NCBI GenBank assembly: GCA_049287785.1
Contig: JBAQGL010000283.1
Location: forward strand, 1-47,636
DNA: 47,636 bases
Direction of reading: 5' to 3'
Source of the DNA: Candidatus Dormiibacterota bacterium
GTDB taxonomy: Bacteria > Chloroflexota > Dormibacteria > Aeolococcales > Aeolococcaceae
Part shown: in pieces, positions 17,371-26,173 of the stretch
How positions within the stretch are numbered: position 1 is the first letter of the stretch
How the letters are laid out: each line of letters starts with the position of its first letter
Notes under the pieces: generated by a model
Databases searched by the model: none
Told to the model about the DNA's origin: nothing
The model's input: the letters and a program-made list of their open reading frames with translations, nothing else
Translations under genes and position numbers: made by a program

Positions 17371-18411
17371 TTGTCTCACGATCCTCACCGTCTCACCGCG
17401 CTAGGGTGGAACGGGGCTCTCGAATCCGCGTTCGCTGACGCCACCTCCGACGGCCGCCGGGGCCTCGTCGTCCGTGTCGACGGGCGCGTGGTCACTGTCC
17501 TGACCGACGCCGGCCAGGAGCGCATCCCGCTTGCAGCAACGCTCTCGGGCGTCCCTGACGATGGAAGCGTCACCACCGGCGACTGGCTGGCCATCGACGC
17601 GGGCATCGCGGTGCATGTGCTCCCTCGACGCAGCGTGCTCATGCGTCGTGCGGCCGGCGTCGCGACCGCTGGCCAGGCGGTTGCGGCCAATATCGACCTC
17701 GTCTTCATCACCGTCGCGCTCGGTGTCCCGCTGCGACTCCGTCGCATCGAACGCGCACTCGCCATGGCCTGGTCGAGCGGAGCGGCTCCTGTCGTGTTGC
17801 TCACTAAATCCGACCTCAGCGATGACGTTGATGAGGACCTCCGCGCCGCCCGATCGGTCGCCGCGGGAGCCGAGGTCATCGCGGTCAACTCGTCAGGCGC
17901 GGGACTCGCCCGCCTGCGCGAAATCCTGCTCGAGGGCCTGGTCGCCGTGCTCGTCGGCCCGAGCGGTACCGGCAAGTCGACGCTCGTGAATCGCTTGTCG
18001 GGTAACGAGGCGCTGGCCACCGCCGAGGTGCGTTCCGACGGCAAGGGACGGCACACCACCACCCACCGCGAGCTCATCGAGATTCCAGGCGGCGGATTGA
18101 TCATCGACACACCAGGGACGCGCGAGCTCGGTCTCTGGGACGCGGCGGCAGGGATCGACGAGGTGTTCGGCGATCTCACCGAGGTCGCAGCGCAGTGCCG
18201 CTTCCGGAACTGCAAGCACGAGCAGGAGCCGGGCTGCGCGGTGCGCGCTGCTGCAGCCGATGATCCGAGCGTGCTGGCGCGACTTGAGTCCAAGCGCAAG
18301 CTCGAGCGCGAGCAGGAACGCCTGGACAAGGCGCGTGATCTCAGGGCACAGGCCGAGCAGCGTCGCGAATCGCGTCGGCGTGCGCGGGCGATGCGCCAGC
18401 GGTCACCATGA
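17371..18411 (+). CDS. rsgA: ribosome small-subunit-dependent GTPase A
   Basis: Circularly permuted GTPase: LLTKSDL (G4), VGPSGTGKSTLVNRL (G1), GRHTTTHRELI, DTPGTRE (G3), and the zinc knuckle CRFRNCKHEQEPGCAV. TTG start with GGAG 7 nt upstream. Confidence 0.9.
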   Translation: MSHDPHRLTALGWNGALESAFADATSDGRRGLVVRVDGRVVTVLTDAGQERIPLAATLSGVPDDGSVTTGDWLAIDAGIAVHVLPRRSVLMRRAAGVATAGQAVAANIDLVFITVALGVPLRLRRIERALAMAWSSGAAPVVLLTKSDLSDDVDEDLRAARSVAAGAEVIAVNSSGAGLARLREILLEGLVAVLVGPSGTGKSTLVNRLSGNEALATAEVRSDGKGRHTTTHRELIEIPGGGLIIDTPGTRELGLWDAAAGIDEVFGDLTEVAAQCRFRNCKHEQEPGCAVRAAAADDPSVLARLESKRKLEREQERLDKARDLRAQAEQRRESRRRARAMRQRSP

Positions 18412-18454
18412 CAGCGCCGCGCCTCAAGCATCCCACTCGAAAGGAGCCCAAGTC

Positions 18455-18748
18455 ATGGACGACCGCATCAGCGCCATAGCGGACGTGCTCCACGACGCGT
18501 CGGAGACGCATCACATCGTGTTCAAGATCGTCGACGGCGAGGATGCCGACTGGGCGTCGTGGTATGCGGACTGGCTTATTCAGCACTCAGGACTCCCCGA
18601 GCTCCTCGGTCGCGCCCCCGTGCGCAGCGAGCTTGTCTATCTACTGGTTCTTAGCGACAAGCAGTTCGCCGGGGGCTCGACCGACGGACGTTGGGAGGAC
18701 TACTATGCCGGCGCCCTCATCGACGCGCTGGCCGTGGCTCCCGCTTAG
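18455..18748 (+). CDS. small conserved-looking hypothetical protein (97 aa)
   Basis: AAGGAG RBS at 18441..18446, 8 nt before ATG 18455. Acidic and Trp-rich (DADWASWYADWLIQH...GRWEDYYAG). The upstream part of track ORF 18260.. overlaps rsgA and is rejected. Confidence 0.55.
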   Translation: MDDRISAIADVLHDASETHHIVFKIVDGEDADWASWYADWLIQHSGLPELLGRAPVRSELVYLLVLSDKQFAGGSTDGRWEDYYAGALIDALAVAPA

Positions 18749-19611
18749 ACAGACTTGCCTGCGCTGCCTGGTTGAGCCGGCATCGGCATTGTCCCGGAAT
18801 GACCGGGAAAACCATGCGGCGTCAGGCTCAGAGTCCCGAGGACCTGGACGTCATCCGCGTTGAGCGTGGTCAACGACACCTGCGTGCCCTGCGCGACGAT
18901 GTAGACACCGGCCTTGATCGAGCTCACTGCAGCCGACGCACCACGCAGGCCGTGATACGCGGTCGAGCTTGACAGGGTCACGTCCTCGAGTTGCCCGTTG
19001 CCGGTGACGAGCGTGACGGTGTCGCCGCTGACCGACTGCACACGGCCGGCGACGCTCGGTACCTCGATGGTGATCTCGGTCGCCGCAATCGGCGAGGTCG
19101 CCGTGGGCGACGTTCCGGTTCGCTTGCCACGGACCGAAACCACATCGCCGACCTTCACTGCGCTGAGCTTCACCTGGTGCTCCTCACGGCTGTACGTGGT
19201 AGAGGAGGTGGTGGTGACCTTGACGCTCCCTGCCAGCGTGCGCAGCGTCAGCGTCGAGCCGCTGACCTGGGTGACAGTGCCGGTCTCACCGCCGCAGAAC
19301 CCTCCACCGAAGAACGAGGGAAGGCCGAATCCGGCGCCTGCGAACGACTCATCACATCCAGCGCCGAAGCCACCGCGCGGGCCGAAGGAGGGCCTGTGGG
19401 TCGACGGTGACGGGCTTGGCTTGCTGGTCGCTGCGGTCGCATTCGCCGCGGTGGGCGACGCCGCCCGGGTCACGATCAAGCCCGCGGTGGCGCTCAGCAC
19501 GGCAATGGCGAGGCCGAACCCGACCACGCGCAGGCGGCCGCTTCGCCTGGCCGCAGGCTCAACGGGCGGCGGCGGAGGCGGTGGTTCTGGAAAATCAGGA
19601 CTCATCGGCAC
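18745..19611 (-). CDS. membrane-anchored secreted protein with repeated small beta domains (DUF5666-like)
   Basis: Pro-rich N-terminus, TM anchor (LRVVGFGLAIAVLSATAGLIV) and a Gly/Phe-rich stretch with two Cys. Three similar segments follow (GTVTQVSGSTLTLRT..VKVTTTSSTTY; GRVQSVSGDTVTLVTGNGQLEDVTLSSSTAY; etc.). Confidence 0.5.
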   Translation of the reverse strand: MPMSPDFPEPPPPPPPVEPAARRSGRLRVVGFGLAIAVLSATAGLIVTRAASPTAANATAATSKPSPSPSTHRPSFGPRGGFGAGCDESFAGAGFGLPSFFGGGFCGGETGTVTQVSGSTLTLRTLAGSVKVTTTSSTTYSREEHQVKLSAVKVGDVVSVRGKRTGTSPTATSPIAATEITIEVPSVAGRVQSVSGDTVTLVTGNGQLEDVTLSSSTAYHGLRGASAAVSSIKAGVYIVAQGTQVSLTTLNADDVQVLGTLSLTPHGFPGHSGTMPMPAQPGSAGKSV

Positions 19612-19664
19612 CGCCTAGCGTACCTCGCTGACCTGTCGAAAAGGTTACTAACGCGTCAGAACGA

Positions 19665-19686
19665 GCAAACGTCAGGCAAACGTCAG
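19665..19686. repeat. tandem 11-mer GCAAACGTCAG x2, with a third degenerate ACGCGTCAG copy at 19651..19659
   Basis: Read directly: GCAAACGTCAGGCAAACGTCAG. It overlaps the metG stop codon and lies upstream of the 18745..19611 gene. Confidence 0.6.
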
Positions 19687-21380
19687 GAAGGTCCACCGAA
19701 GCGCTGCTCCATCTCCGCGACCCAGGCGGCCAGCGTGCTCCGGTCGCCGATTCTCGGGAACAGCGGATCGCCGATCTCCAGGATGCGCCCCGGGCCGAGC
19801 GTCCGCAATTCCTCGCTGGCTGCTCCCGGCCACGAGCGCTCTCCATCCGTGAGGCCGAGCGAGGCGGCCAGCCGTTCACAGGCGAAGGGGACGAACGGCG
19901 CGGACACGATGGCCTCGATTCGCGCCACGTTGATCGCGGTGCGCAGGATGCAGGCAACCCGAGCCGTATCGGTCTCATGCCACGGCGCGCAGCGATCGAG
20001 ATACTGATTCCCCAGTGTCCACAGGCTCCGCAACGCAAACGCGGCCGGCCGGAAGCGCATCGCATCCATCTCGGTGGCGAACATCGCGAGGGCCGAGTCA
20101 AGCGATACAGCGAGTGCCGCCTCCTCAGGGCCGGGTTCGCCGCCGTCGGGTACAGTCATCCCGAACAGCTTCTCGGTCAGCTTGAGCGTGCGCTGCACGA
20201 AGTTGCCGAAGATGCCGGCCAGGTCCTTGTTGACGGTGAGCGCGAAGCTCTCCCATGTGAATTCGCTGTCGTCCGATTCGGGCGCGGATGCGAGCAGCGC
20301 ATAGCGCCAGTAGTCGGCCGGGAGCAGGTCGATCGCCGCATCCATGAACACGCCGCGCTGCTGGCTCGTCGAGAACTTCCCACCGTAATAGGTGAGGTAG
20401 TTGAATCCCTTGACGTAGTCCACGAGCTTCCAGGGCTCCCCGGAACCCATGATCGTGATCGGGAAGTTGATGGTGTGAAAGGGGATGTTGTCCTTGCCCA
20501 TGAACTGCGTGTAGCGGACATCGTTCGCGTCGAACCACCAGGAGCGCCAGTCGCGTGCTTCGGGGTCGACATCGGCCCACTCCTTGGTCGCGCCGATGTA
20601 CTCAATCGGCGCATCGAACCAGACGTAGAACACCTTGGTCTCGAACCCCGGCCACCCCACCGGGATCCCCCATTTGAGATCGCGCGTGATGCTCCGGTCC
20701 TCGAGGCCGACGTTGAGCCAGTTTCGAGCGATCGACGTCACCAGGATCGGCCAGTCGGCGTGCGAGTCGATCCATTCACGCACCCGGTCCGCCATGAGGG
20801 ATTGCCGGATGAAAAGGTGCCGCGTCGTGCGCACTTCGAGCCGCGTGCTGCCGGAGATGGCGGATCGCGGGTTGATGAGATCGGACGGCTCGAGCAGCCT
20901 GGCGCAGTTCTCGCACTGGTCCCCGTTGGCGCGGTCATAGCCGCAGTGAGGGCACGTGCCGACGATGTAGCGATCGGGGAGGAACCGTCCGTCGTCGAGG
21001 GAGTAGACCTGATCGGTCATCCGCTCCTCGAGCATGTCGTTAGTCCGGAGCTGGGCGGCGAAGTGCCGGGTGAGCTCCGCGTTCTGCGGCGAAGAGCTGC
21101 GGCCGAAGTGGTCAAACGACAGCCCGAAACGCCGGGAGAGACCTGCCTGGATCTCATGCTGCTCCGCGCAGTACGCCTCGACACTGAGGCCGGCCTCGGC
21201 CGCCGCGAGCTCGGCCGGCGTGCCGTGTTCGTCGGTGGCGCAGATCAGGAGTACGTCGTCCCCGCGCAGCCGCAGGTAGCGCGCGTACACATCGGCGGGA
21301 AGCATGGAGCCGACCAGCGTGCCGAGGTGCTTGACCCCGTTGATGTACGGCAGAGCGCTCGTGATGAGCTGGCGACCCAT
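19683..21380 (-). CDS. metG: methionine--tRNA ligase
   Basis: ITSALPYINGVKHLGTL (HIGH-region variant), zinc knuckle CPHCGYDRANGDQCENC, KFSTSQQ (KMSKS variant), plus the anticodon-binding helical domain. Confidence 0.92.
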   Translation of the reverse strand: MGRQLITSALPYINGVKHLGTLVGSMLPADVYARYLRLRGDDVLLICATDEHGTPAELAAAEAGLSVEAYCAEQHEIQAGLSRRFGLSFDHFGRSSSPQNAELTRHFAAQLRTNDMLEERMTDQVYSLDDGRFLPDRYIVGTCPHCGYDRANGDQCENCARLLEPSDLINPRSAISGSTRLEVRTTRHLFIRQSLMADRVREWIDSHADWPILVTSIARNWLNVGLEDRSITRDLKWGIPVGWPGFETKVFYVWFDAPIEYIGATKEWADVDPEARDWRSWWFDANDVRYTQFMGKDNIPFHTINFPITIMGSGEPWKLVDYVKGFNYLTYYGGKFSTSQQRGVFMDAAIDLLPADYWRYALLASAPESDDSEFTWESFALTVNKDLAGIFGNFVQRTLKLTEKLFGMTVPDGGEPGPEEAALAVSLDSALAMFATEMDAMRFRPAAFALRSLWTLGNQYLDRCAPWHETDTARVACILRTAINVARIEAIVSAPFVPFACERLAASLGLTDGERSWPGAASEELRTLGPGRILEIGDPLFPRIGDRSTLAAWVAEMEQRFGGPS

Positions 21381-21612
21381 CGGCGCATCCTACAAGGGGG
21401 TTGGAGCGGCGCTCCCCCTCTCGGAGCGTCGCCGGGACAGAGCGTAGGGGCATTTGAGGCGTTCAGATCGTTCATCAGATCGATCTTTGCGTCCCGTTGC
21501 AGGGTCACCACCGCCGGAACACGCGCATCCGACGTCGTTGCCGTGCCGTTGCCGGACGGGGTGAGAAGGCGACCGGCTGGTACCCTGCGGCAATGCGAGC
21601 ATCGGGCTCCCG

Positions 21613-22674
21613 ATGAAGGGGCTCATCCTCAGTGGCGGCAAGGGGACGCGGCTCCGGCCGATCACCCACACCGGTGCGAAGCAACTCATCCCGGTCGCGA
21701 ACCGGCCGATCCTCTTCTATGCAATCGATGCCCTGACCCAGGCCGGCATCCACGACATCGGGATCATCGTCGGCGACACCGCCGACGAGGTGCGTGCCGC
21801 GGTCGGCGACGGCTCGAAGTTCGACGCGAACGTCACCTTCATCCCGCAGGAGGCGCCGCTCGGGCTCGCCCACGCCGTGGGCATCGCTCGCGACTTCCTC
21901 GCCGGCGAGAGCTTCGTCATGTACCTCGGCGACAACCTGATCGCGCAGGGCATCGGGACGCTCGTCGACGAATTCACGCGGTCCGAGGCGGACACCATGA
22001 TCCTGCTGGCCCGGGTTCCGGAGCCGCAGCGCTTCGGTGTCGCCGAGCTCGAGGACGGCCGGGTGATCTCGCTCGTCGAGAAGCCGTCGGTCCCGAGATC
22101 CGACCTGGCCCTGGTCGGCGTGTACCTCTTCTCACCGCTGATCTTCGAAGCCATCGACGCCATCGAGCCGAGCGCGCGTGGTGAGCTCGAGATCACCGAC
22201 GCCATCCAGCGGATGATCGACACCGGCAAGCGCGTGATGCCGCACATCATCGAGGGGTGGTGGAAGGACACCGGGCGTCTCGATGACATCCTCGAGGCGA
22301 ACCGCATGATCCTCGACACCCTCGAGGCCCGCTGTGACGGCACCGTCAATGAGGACGTGCGGCTCCACGGCAAGGTGGTGGTGGAGGAGGGTGCGACGCT
22401 GCGCAACTGCGTCGTCCGCGGCCCGGCGATCATCGGCAGTGGCACCGTTGTCGACAACGCCTACATCGGCCCGTTCACATCGATCTATTTCGACTGCGTG
22501 GTGCGCAACGCCGAGATCGAGAACAGCATCGTTCTCGAGGGCACGCGGATCCACGACGTGGTGGGAAAGATCGACGGCTCGTTGATCGGCAAGGAGTGCG
22601 AGGTGTGCAAGTCGCCGGCGCGGCCGACCGCCCTGCGGCTCATGCTCGGCGACCACTCGCGGGTCGAGCTCTGA
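21613..22674 (+). CDS. rmlA: glucose-1-phosphate thymidylyltransferase, long form with C-terminal left-handed beta-helix
   Basis: MKGLILSGGKGTRLRPITHTGAKQLIPVANRPIL nucleotidyltransferase signature. The C-terminal hexapeptide-like repeats fit the ~355-aa class. Confidence 0.8.
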   Translation: MKGLILSGGKGTRLRPITHTGAKQLIPVANRPILFYAIDALTQAGIHDIGIIVGDTADEVRAAVGDGSKFDANVTFIPQEAPLGLAHAVGIARDFLAGESFVMYLGDNLIAQGIGTLVDEFTRSEADTMILLARVPEPQRFGVAELEDGRVISLVEKPSVPRSDLALVGVYLFSPLIFEAIDAIEPSARGELEITDAIQRMIDTGKRVMPHIIEGWWKDTGRLDDILEANRMILDTLEARCDGTVNEDVRLHGKVVVEEGATLRNCVVRGPAIIGSGTVVDNAYIGPFTSIYFDCVVRNAEIENSIVLEGTRIHDVVGKIDGSLIGKECEVCKSPARPTALRLMLGDHSRVEL

Positions 22675-23528
22675 GATACCTGGTGCTCGGCACTCCCGGG
22701 CAACTTGGCGGGGACCTCCTCGATGAGGGCGCGCGACAGGGCCTCGAGATGGTCGGCCGGACGCAGTGGGAGTGCGACATCACCGACGGCACCGCCGTCG
22801 AGCGTGCGATCGCCGAGGTGCGACCTGATGCGGTCATCAACGGTGCCGCCTGGACACGGGTCGACGCTGCCGAGGAGCACGAGGCGGAGGCGGAGGCCGT
22901 CAACGCCACCGGAGCCGGCCTCGTCGCGGCGGCGTGTGCATCCGCCGGCATTCGATGCTGCCACGTCAGCACCGACTACGTGTTCGACGGCACGGCGACC
23001 GCCCCGATTCCCGAGGATGCGGTGGCGTCGCCGCGATCAGCCTACGGTCGGACCAAGTGGCACGGCGAGGTAGCCGTCCGGGAGCGCTGCCCGGACCACC
23101 TGATCGTGCGAACCAGCTGGCTCTACGGGCGCCAGGGTCCGAACTTCGTGCTCACCATGCTGCGCCTGGCCGCCGAACGTTCCGAGCTCCGGGTGGTTGC
23201 GGACCAGCACGGGGCGCCGACCTGGACCGGACACCTCGCACCGGCGATGCTGCGGCTCCTCGCTGTCGCACCTCCTGGGACCTATCACCTCACCAACAGC
23301 GGTGTGACCACCTGGTACGACTTCGCGGTCGCGATCGTCAGCGCGCGCGGCCTCCCGACCGAGGTGGTCCCGATCAGCACCGCCGAATACCCGGTTGCGG
23401 CCGCGCGCCCGGCGTACTCGGTGCTCGACAACCGCGCCTGGCGCGATCTCGGCGAGCCGCCGCTCCCCGAATGGCAGGAGGGGTTGCGCTCCTACCTCGC
23501 CAGTCTCGACATCATCGGAACGAGCTGA
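22596..23528 (+). CDS. rmlD: dTDP-4-dehydrorhamnose reductase
   Basis: YLVLGTPGQLGGDL (Rossmann), VINGAAWTRVDAAE, HVSTDYVFDG, SAYGRTK (YxxxK) and IVRTSWLYG. The start is unresolved: either ATG 22596 (79-nt overlap with rmlA) or a CTG at 22671 (see finding). Confidence 0.8.
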   Translation: MRGVQVAGAADRPAAHARRPLAGRALRYLVLGTPGQLGGDLLDEGARQGLEMVGRTQWECDITDGTAVERAIAEVRPDAVINGAAWTRVDAAEEHEAEAEAVNATGAGLVAAACASAGIRCCHVSTDYVFDGTATAPIPEDAVASPRSAYGRTKWHGEVAVRERCPDHLIVRTSWLYGRQGPNFVLTMLRLAAERSELRVVADQHGAPTWTGHLAPAMLRLLAVAPPGTYHLTNSGVTTWYDFAVAIVSARGLPTEVVPISTAEYPVAAARPAYSVLDNRAWRDLGEPPLPEWQEGLRSYLASLDIIGTS

Positions 23529-23529
23529 G

Positions 23530-23925
23530 TCAGTCCTCGGGTTCCGGCCGGGTGCGCTTGTCCGCGCTCGCGTACAGGAGGCCGCCGAAGAGTCCGACGT
23601 TCTTGAGGAAGTGCACGAGCTGGGGCCGCCGGTCCTCGGGCTTGGCGGACTTCCAGAATGGGTGACCGATGAACGTCGCCGGGATCAGGGTGAGGGCGAG
23701 GATGCGAGCCGATGTCTTGGGGAGGATCCCGAGTGCGAACGTCGCACCCGCGCCCATCATGGCGGCGCCCTGTACCTTGGCCAGTCGCGGGTCCTCCGGG
23801 AGCATGGGCACTGCGCTCGACGCCACTTTCGCGTAGCGCTCGGCGCTCTGGAACATGCCGTACCCGGAGTACACGAAGATTCCGGCGAGAAGAAAGCGAC
23901 CGGCGGTTCGGATCAGCGTTCGCAT
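23530..23925 (-). CDS. DoxX family membrane protein
   Basis: RFLLAGIFVYSGYGMF...GHPFW...FLKNVGLFGGLL is the typical DoxX pattern. 131 aa with 4 TM. Confidence 0.85.
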   Translation of the reverse strand: MRTLIRTAGRFLLAGIFVYSGYGMFQSAERYAKVASSAVPMLPEDPRLAKVQGAAMMGAGATFALGILPKTSARILALTLIPATFIGHPFWKSAKPEDRRPQLVHFLKNVGLFGGLLYASADKRTRPEPED

Positions 23926-24022
23926 GGGTCAAGACTCTAGGGCACATGTACCCGGCCACCGGATCCGGATCGGGTGCGGTCAGAATGGCCATCCGTTCAC
24001 CCACCGTCCAGGGAGCTTGCAC

Positions 24023-24235
24023 ATGGCTGAAAGCGTGTACCGCGTCACCGAGCTGGTCGGCACCAGCACCGAGTCCTGGGAGAAGGCGGCGCAGCTCGCG
24101 ATCGAGACCGCGTCCTCGTCGTTGCGAGATCTTCGCGTTGCGGAGGTCGTCAAGCTCGACATGACCGTCGAGAACGGCAAGGTCGCGCGCTTCCGCACCC
24201 GTATCAACGTCTCCTTCAAGTACGAGAACGAGTAG
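24023..24235 (+). CDS. dodecin family flavin-binding protein
   Basis: 70 aa: VYRVTELVGTSTESWEKAAQLAIETASSSLRDLRVAEVVKLDMTVENGKV..FRTRINVSFKYE matches the dodecin pattern. GGGAG RBS lies upstream of ATG 24023. Confidence 0.8.
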   Translation: MAESVYRVTELVGTSTESWEKAAQLAIETASSSLRDLRVAEVVKLDMTVENGKVARFRTRINVSFKYENE

Positions 24236-24271
24236 CGGCGCTGGCTCCATTTTTGGGGCATAGTTCGCCCG

Positions 24272-25144
24272 ATGTCCACGGACCTCCCGCCGGCGATCGT
24301 CCACTCGTCGTTCAAGGCTCGGGGTCATCGCCTCGCGTACACGGAATTCGGCGAGGGCAAGCGGTGGGTGCTGCTCATGCCCGGTCTGCTCGTGCCCGCG
24401 CTGATGCAGGAGCACCTCGCCACCGCGCTCGCGGCCGCCGGCGCGCACGTGCTCACGCTCGACCCGCTGGGACACGGTCGTTCCGACCGCCCCGCGGGCA
24501 TGTCCGAATATTCGATCGAGTCGTTCGCGGCCGATGCGATCGCCCTCCTGGACCATCTCGACATCGACGAAGCGGTGGTCGGCGGGACGTCACTCGGTGC
24601 CAATGTCACCCTCGAGATCGCCCGCAAAGCGCCACAGCGAGTGCGCGGCATGATCATCGAGATGCCGGTGCTCGAGAACGCGCTGGTCGCCTCGGTGATC
24701 GCGTTCGGTCCGCTCCTCGTGGGGCTGCACTTCGGTGGGCGCCTGATGCGGCCGGTTGCCGCCGGCCTGCGCACCATCCCGCGCTGGGCGCTGCCCTTCT
24801 GGGGGAACGTGGCGCTCGATGTCATCCGCCAGGATCCCGTCCCCAGCGCCGCCGTGCTCAAGGGCCTCTTCTTCAGCCACATCGCGCCGTACAGCGCGCA
24901 GCGGCACGAGATGAGGATGCCGGCGCTGGTGATCGGCCATCACATCGACCCTGTGCACCCGTTCTCCGACGCCGGCGTGCTGACCGGCGAGCTCCCCAAT
25001 GCGCGGCTGGTCGAGGCGTCGAACATCCTCGAGCTCCGGTTGCGGCCGGAGCGGCTCACGGCGGAGATCGCCGGATTTGTCACGGAATGCTGGTCGCCGA
25101 GGGCAGTCGCGAAGCCTCGCCGCCAGCGCCGGCGCACCGCCTGA
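24272..25144 (+). CDS. alpha/beta hydrolase
   Basis: WVLLMPGLL...DPLGHGRSD, nucleophile elbow GGTSLGANV, and a late HHIDPVHP segment. Confidence 0.8.
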   Translation: MSTDLPPAIVHSSFKARGHRLAYTEFGEGKRWVLLMPGLLVPALMQEHLATALAAAGAHVLTLDPLGHGRSDRPAGMSEYSIESFAADAIALLDHLDIDEAVVGGTSLGANVTLEIARKAPQRVRGMIIEMPVLENALVASVIAFGPLLVGLHFGGRLMRPVAAGLRTIPRWALPFWGNVALDVIRQDPVPSAAVLKGLFFSHIAPYSAQRHEMRMPALVIGHHIDPVHPFSDAGVLTGELPNARLVEASNILELRLRPERLTAEIAGFVTECWSPRAVAKPRRQRRRTA

Positions 25145-25162
25145 CGTTACGCTGCGGACGAG

Positions 25163-26170
25163 ATGTCCACGACCGCTGCCTCGCGCCCCCGTGTCCTGAG
25201 CGGCATCCAGCCGGACTTCGGCCTGCACCTCGGGAACTACCTCGGTGCGCTGCGGAACTGGGCTCGCGACCAGGACCGATTCGAGAACTATTTCTGCATC
25301 GTCGACCTGCACGCGTTGACACGTCACCCGGATCCAGAGCGTCTGCGCGCGCTGACCCTAGAGCTGGCGGGGATGTACATCGCCTGCGGCCTCGACCCGG
25401 CTCAGTGCGAGATCTTCGTGCAGTCGCACGTCACCGCTCACTCGCAAATGTGCTGGATCCTCGAGACGATCACGCCGATGGGCTGGCTCGAGCGGATGAC
25501 TCAGTTCAAGGCGCAGAGCGAGGCGCAGGGCGTCGAGCGGGTGAACGCCGGCGTGTTCACCTACCCGGTGCTCATGGCGGCGGACATCCTGCTGTACGAC
25601 GCGGACTTCGTCCCGGTCGGCGAGGATCAGCGGCAGCACATCGAGCTGACTCGGGATCTCGCGCAGCGGCTCAACTCGCAACGTGGTGACGTCGTTCGGG
25701 TCCCTGCTCCCCTGATCAGCACGGTCGGCGCCCGCGTGATGGGACTCGACACCCCGGACGAGAAGATGAGCAAGAGCATCGCGGTGGACCATCCCGGCCA
25801 CGCGGTGCTGTTGCTCGATCCCCCCGATGTCATCCGCCGCAAGATCGCGCGTGCGACCACCGACACCGAGCCCGCGGTGCACAAGCCCGTCGGTGCAGGG
25901 GTCGCGAACCTCCTCGAAATCTACGCCGCGCTGCTCGAGATCAGTCCGGATGCCGCGCTCGCGGCATTCGAAGGCAAGCGATACAGCGAGCTCAAGGGAG
26001 CGGTCGCCGATGCGGTCATCGACGCGCTCGGCCCCATTCAGGCGCGCTACGCAGACGTTCGCGCCGATGACGACCATCTCCGCCGTGTGCTTGCCGAGTC
26101 CGCTGCGCGTGTGCGCCTGGTGGCCGACGCGACCCTGCTGAGGGTGCAGGAGGCGGTCGGCCTGCGCTGA
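25163..26170 (+). CDS. trpS: tryptophan--tRNA ligase (bacterial type)
   Basis: SGIQPDFGLHLGNYLGAL (HIGH region), YPVLMAADILLY, VPVGEDQRQHIELTRD and KMSKS. 335 aa. Confidence 0.92.
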   Translation: MSTTAASRPRVLSGIQPDFGLHLGNYLGALRNWARDQDRFENYFCIVDLHALTRHPDPERLRALTLELAGMYIACGLDPAQCEIFVQSHVTAHSQMCWILETITPMGWLERMTQFKAQSEAQGVERVNAGVFTYPVLMAADILLYDADFVPVGEDQRQHIELTRDLAQRLNSQRGDVVRVPAPLISTVGARVMGLDTPDEKMSKSIAVDHPGHAVLLLDPPDVIRRKIARATTDTEPAVHKPVGAGVANLLEIYAALLEISPDAALAAFEGKRYSELKGAVADAVIDALGPIQARYADVRADDDHLRRVLAESAARVRLVADATLLRVQEAVGLR

Positions 26171-26173
26171 CCG

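Noticed and set aside
21381-21612. Possible T-box or other leader RNA upstream of metG, or regulatory RNA in the metG/rmlA divergent spacer
   Set aside because: Only short GC hairpins (GGAGC-ggc-GCTCC) and a repeated TCAGATCG were seen. There is no T-box consensus (AGGGTGGNACCGCG-like) and no recognisable riboswitch core.
19977-22184. 735-aa ORF on the plus strand
   Set aside because: It runs antisense to metG and out of frame through rmlA. The translation is Arg/Pro/Gly/Ala-rich low complexity with no motifs. This is a typical high-GC open-frame artefact.
24253-25689. 478-aa plus-strand ORF in an alternate frame
   Set aside because: It overlaps the alpha/beta hydrolase and trpS frames, which have clear catalytic motifs. 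The translation is an Arg/Ala/Pro/Gly smear.
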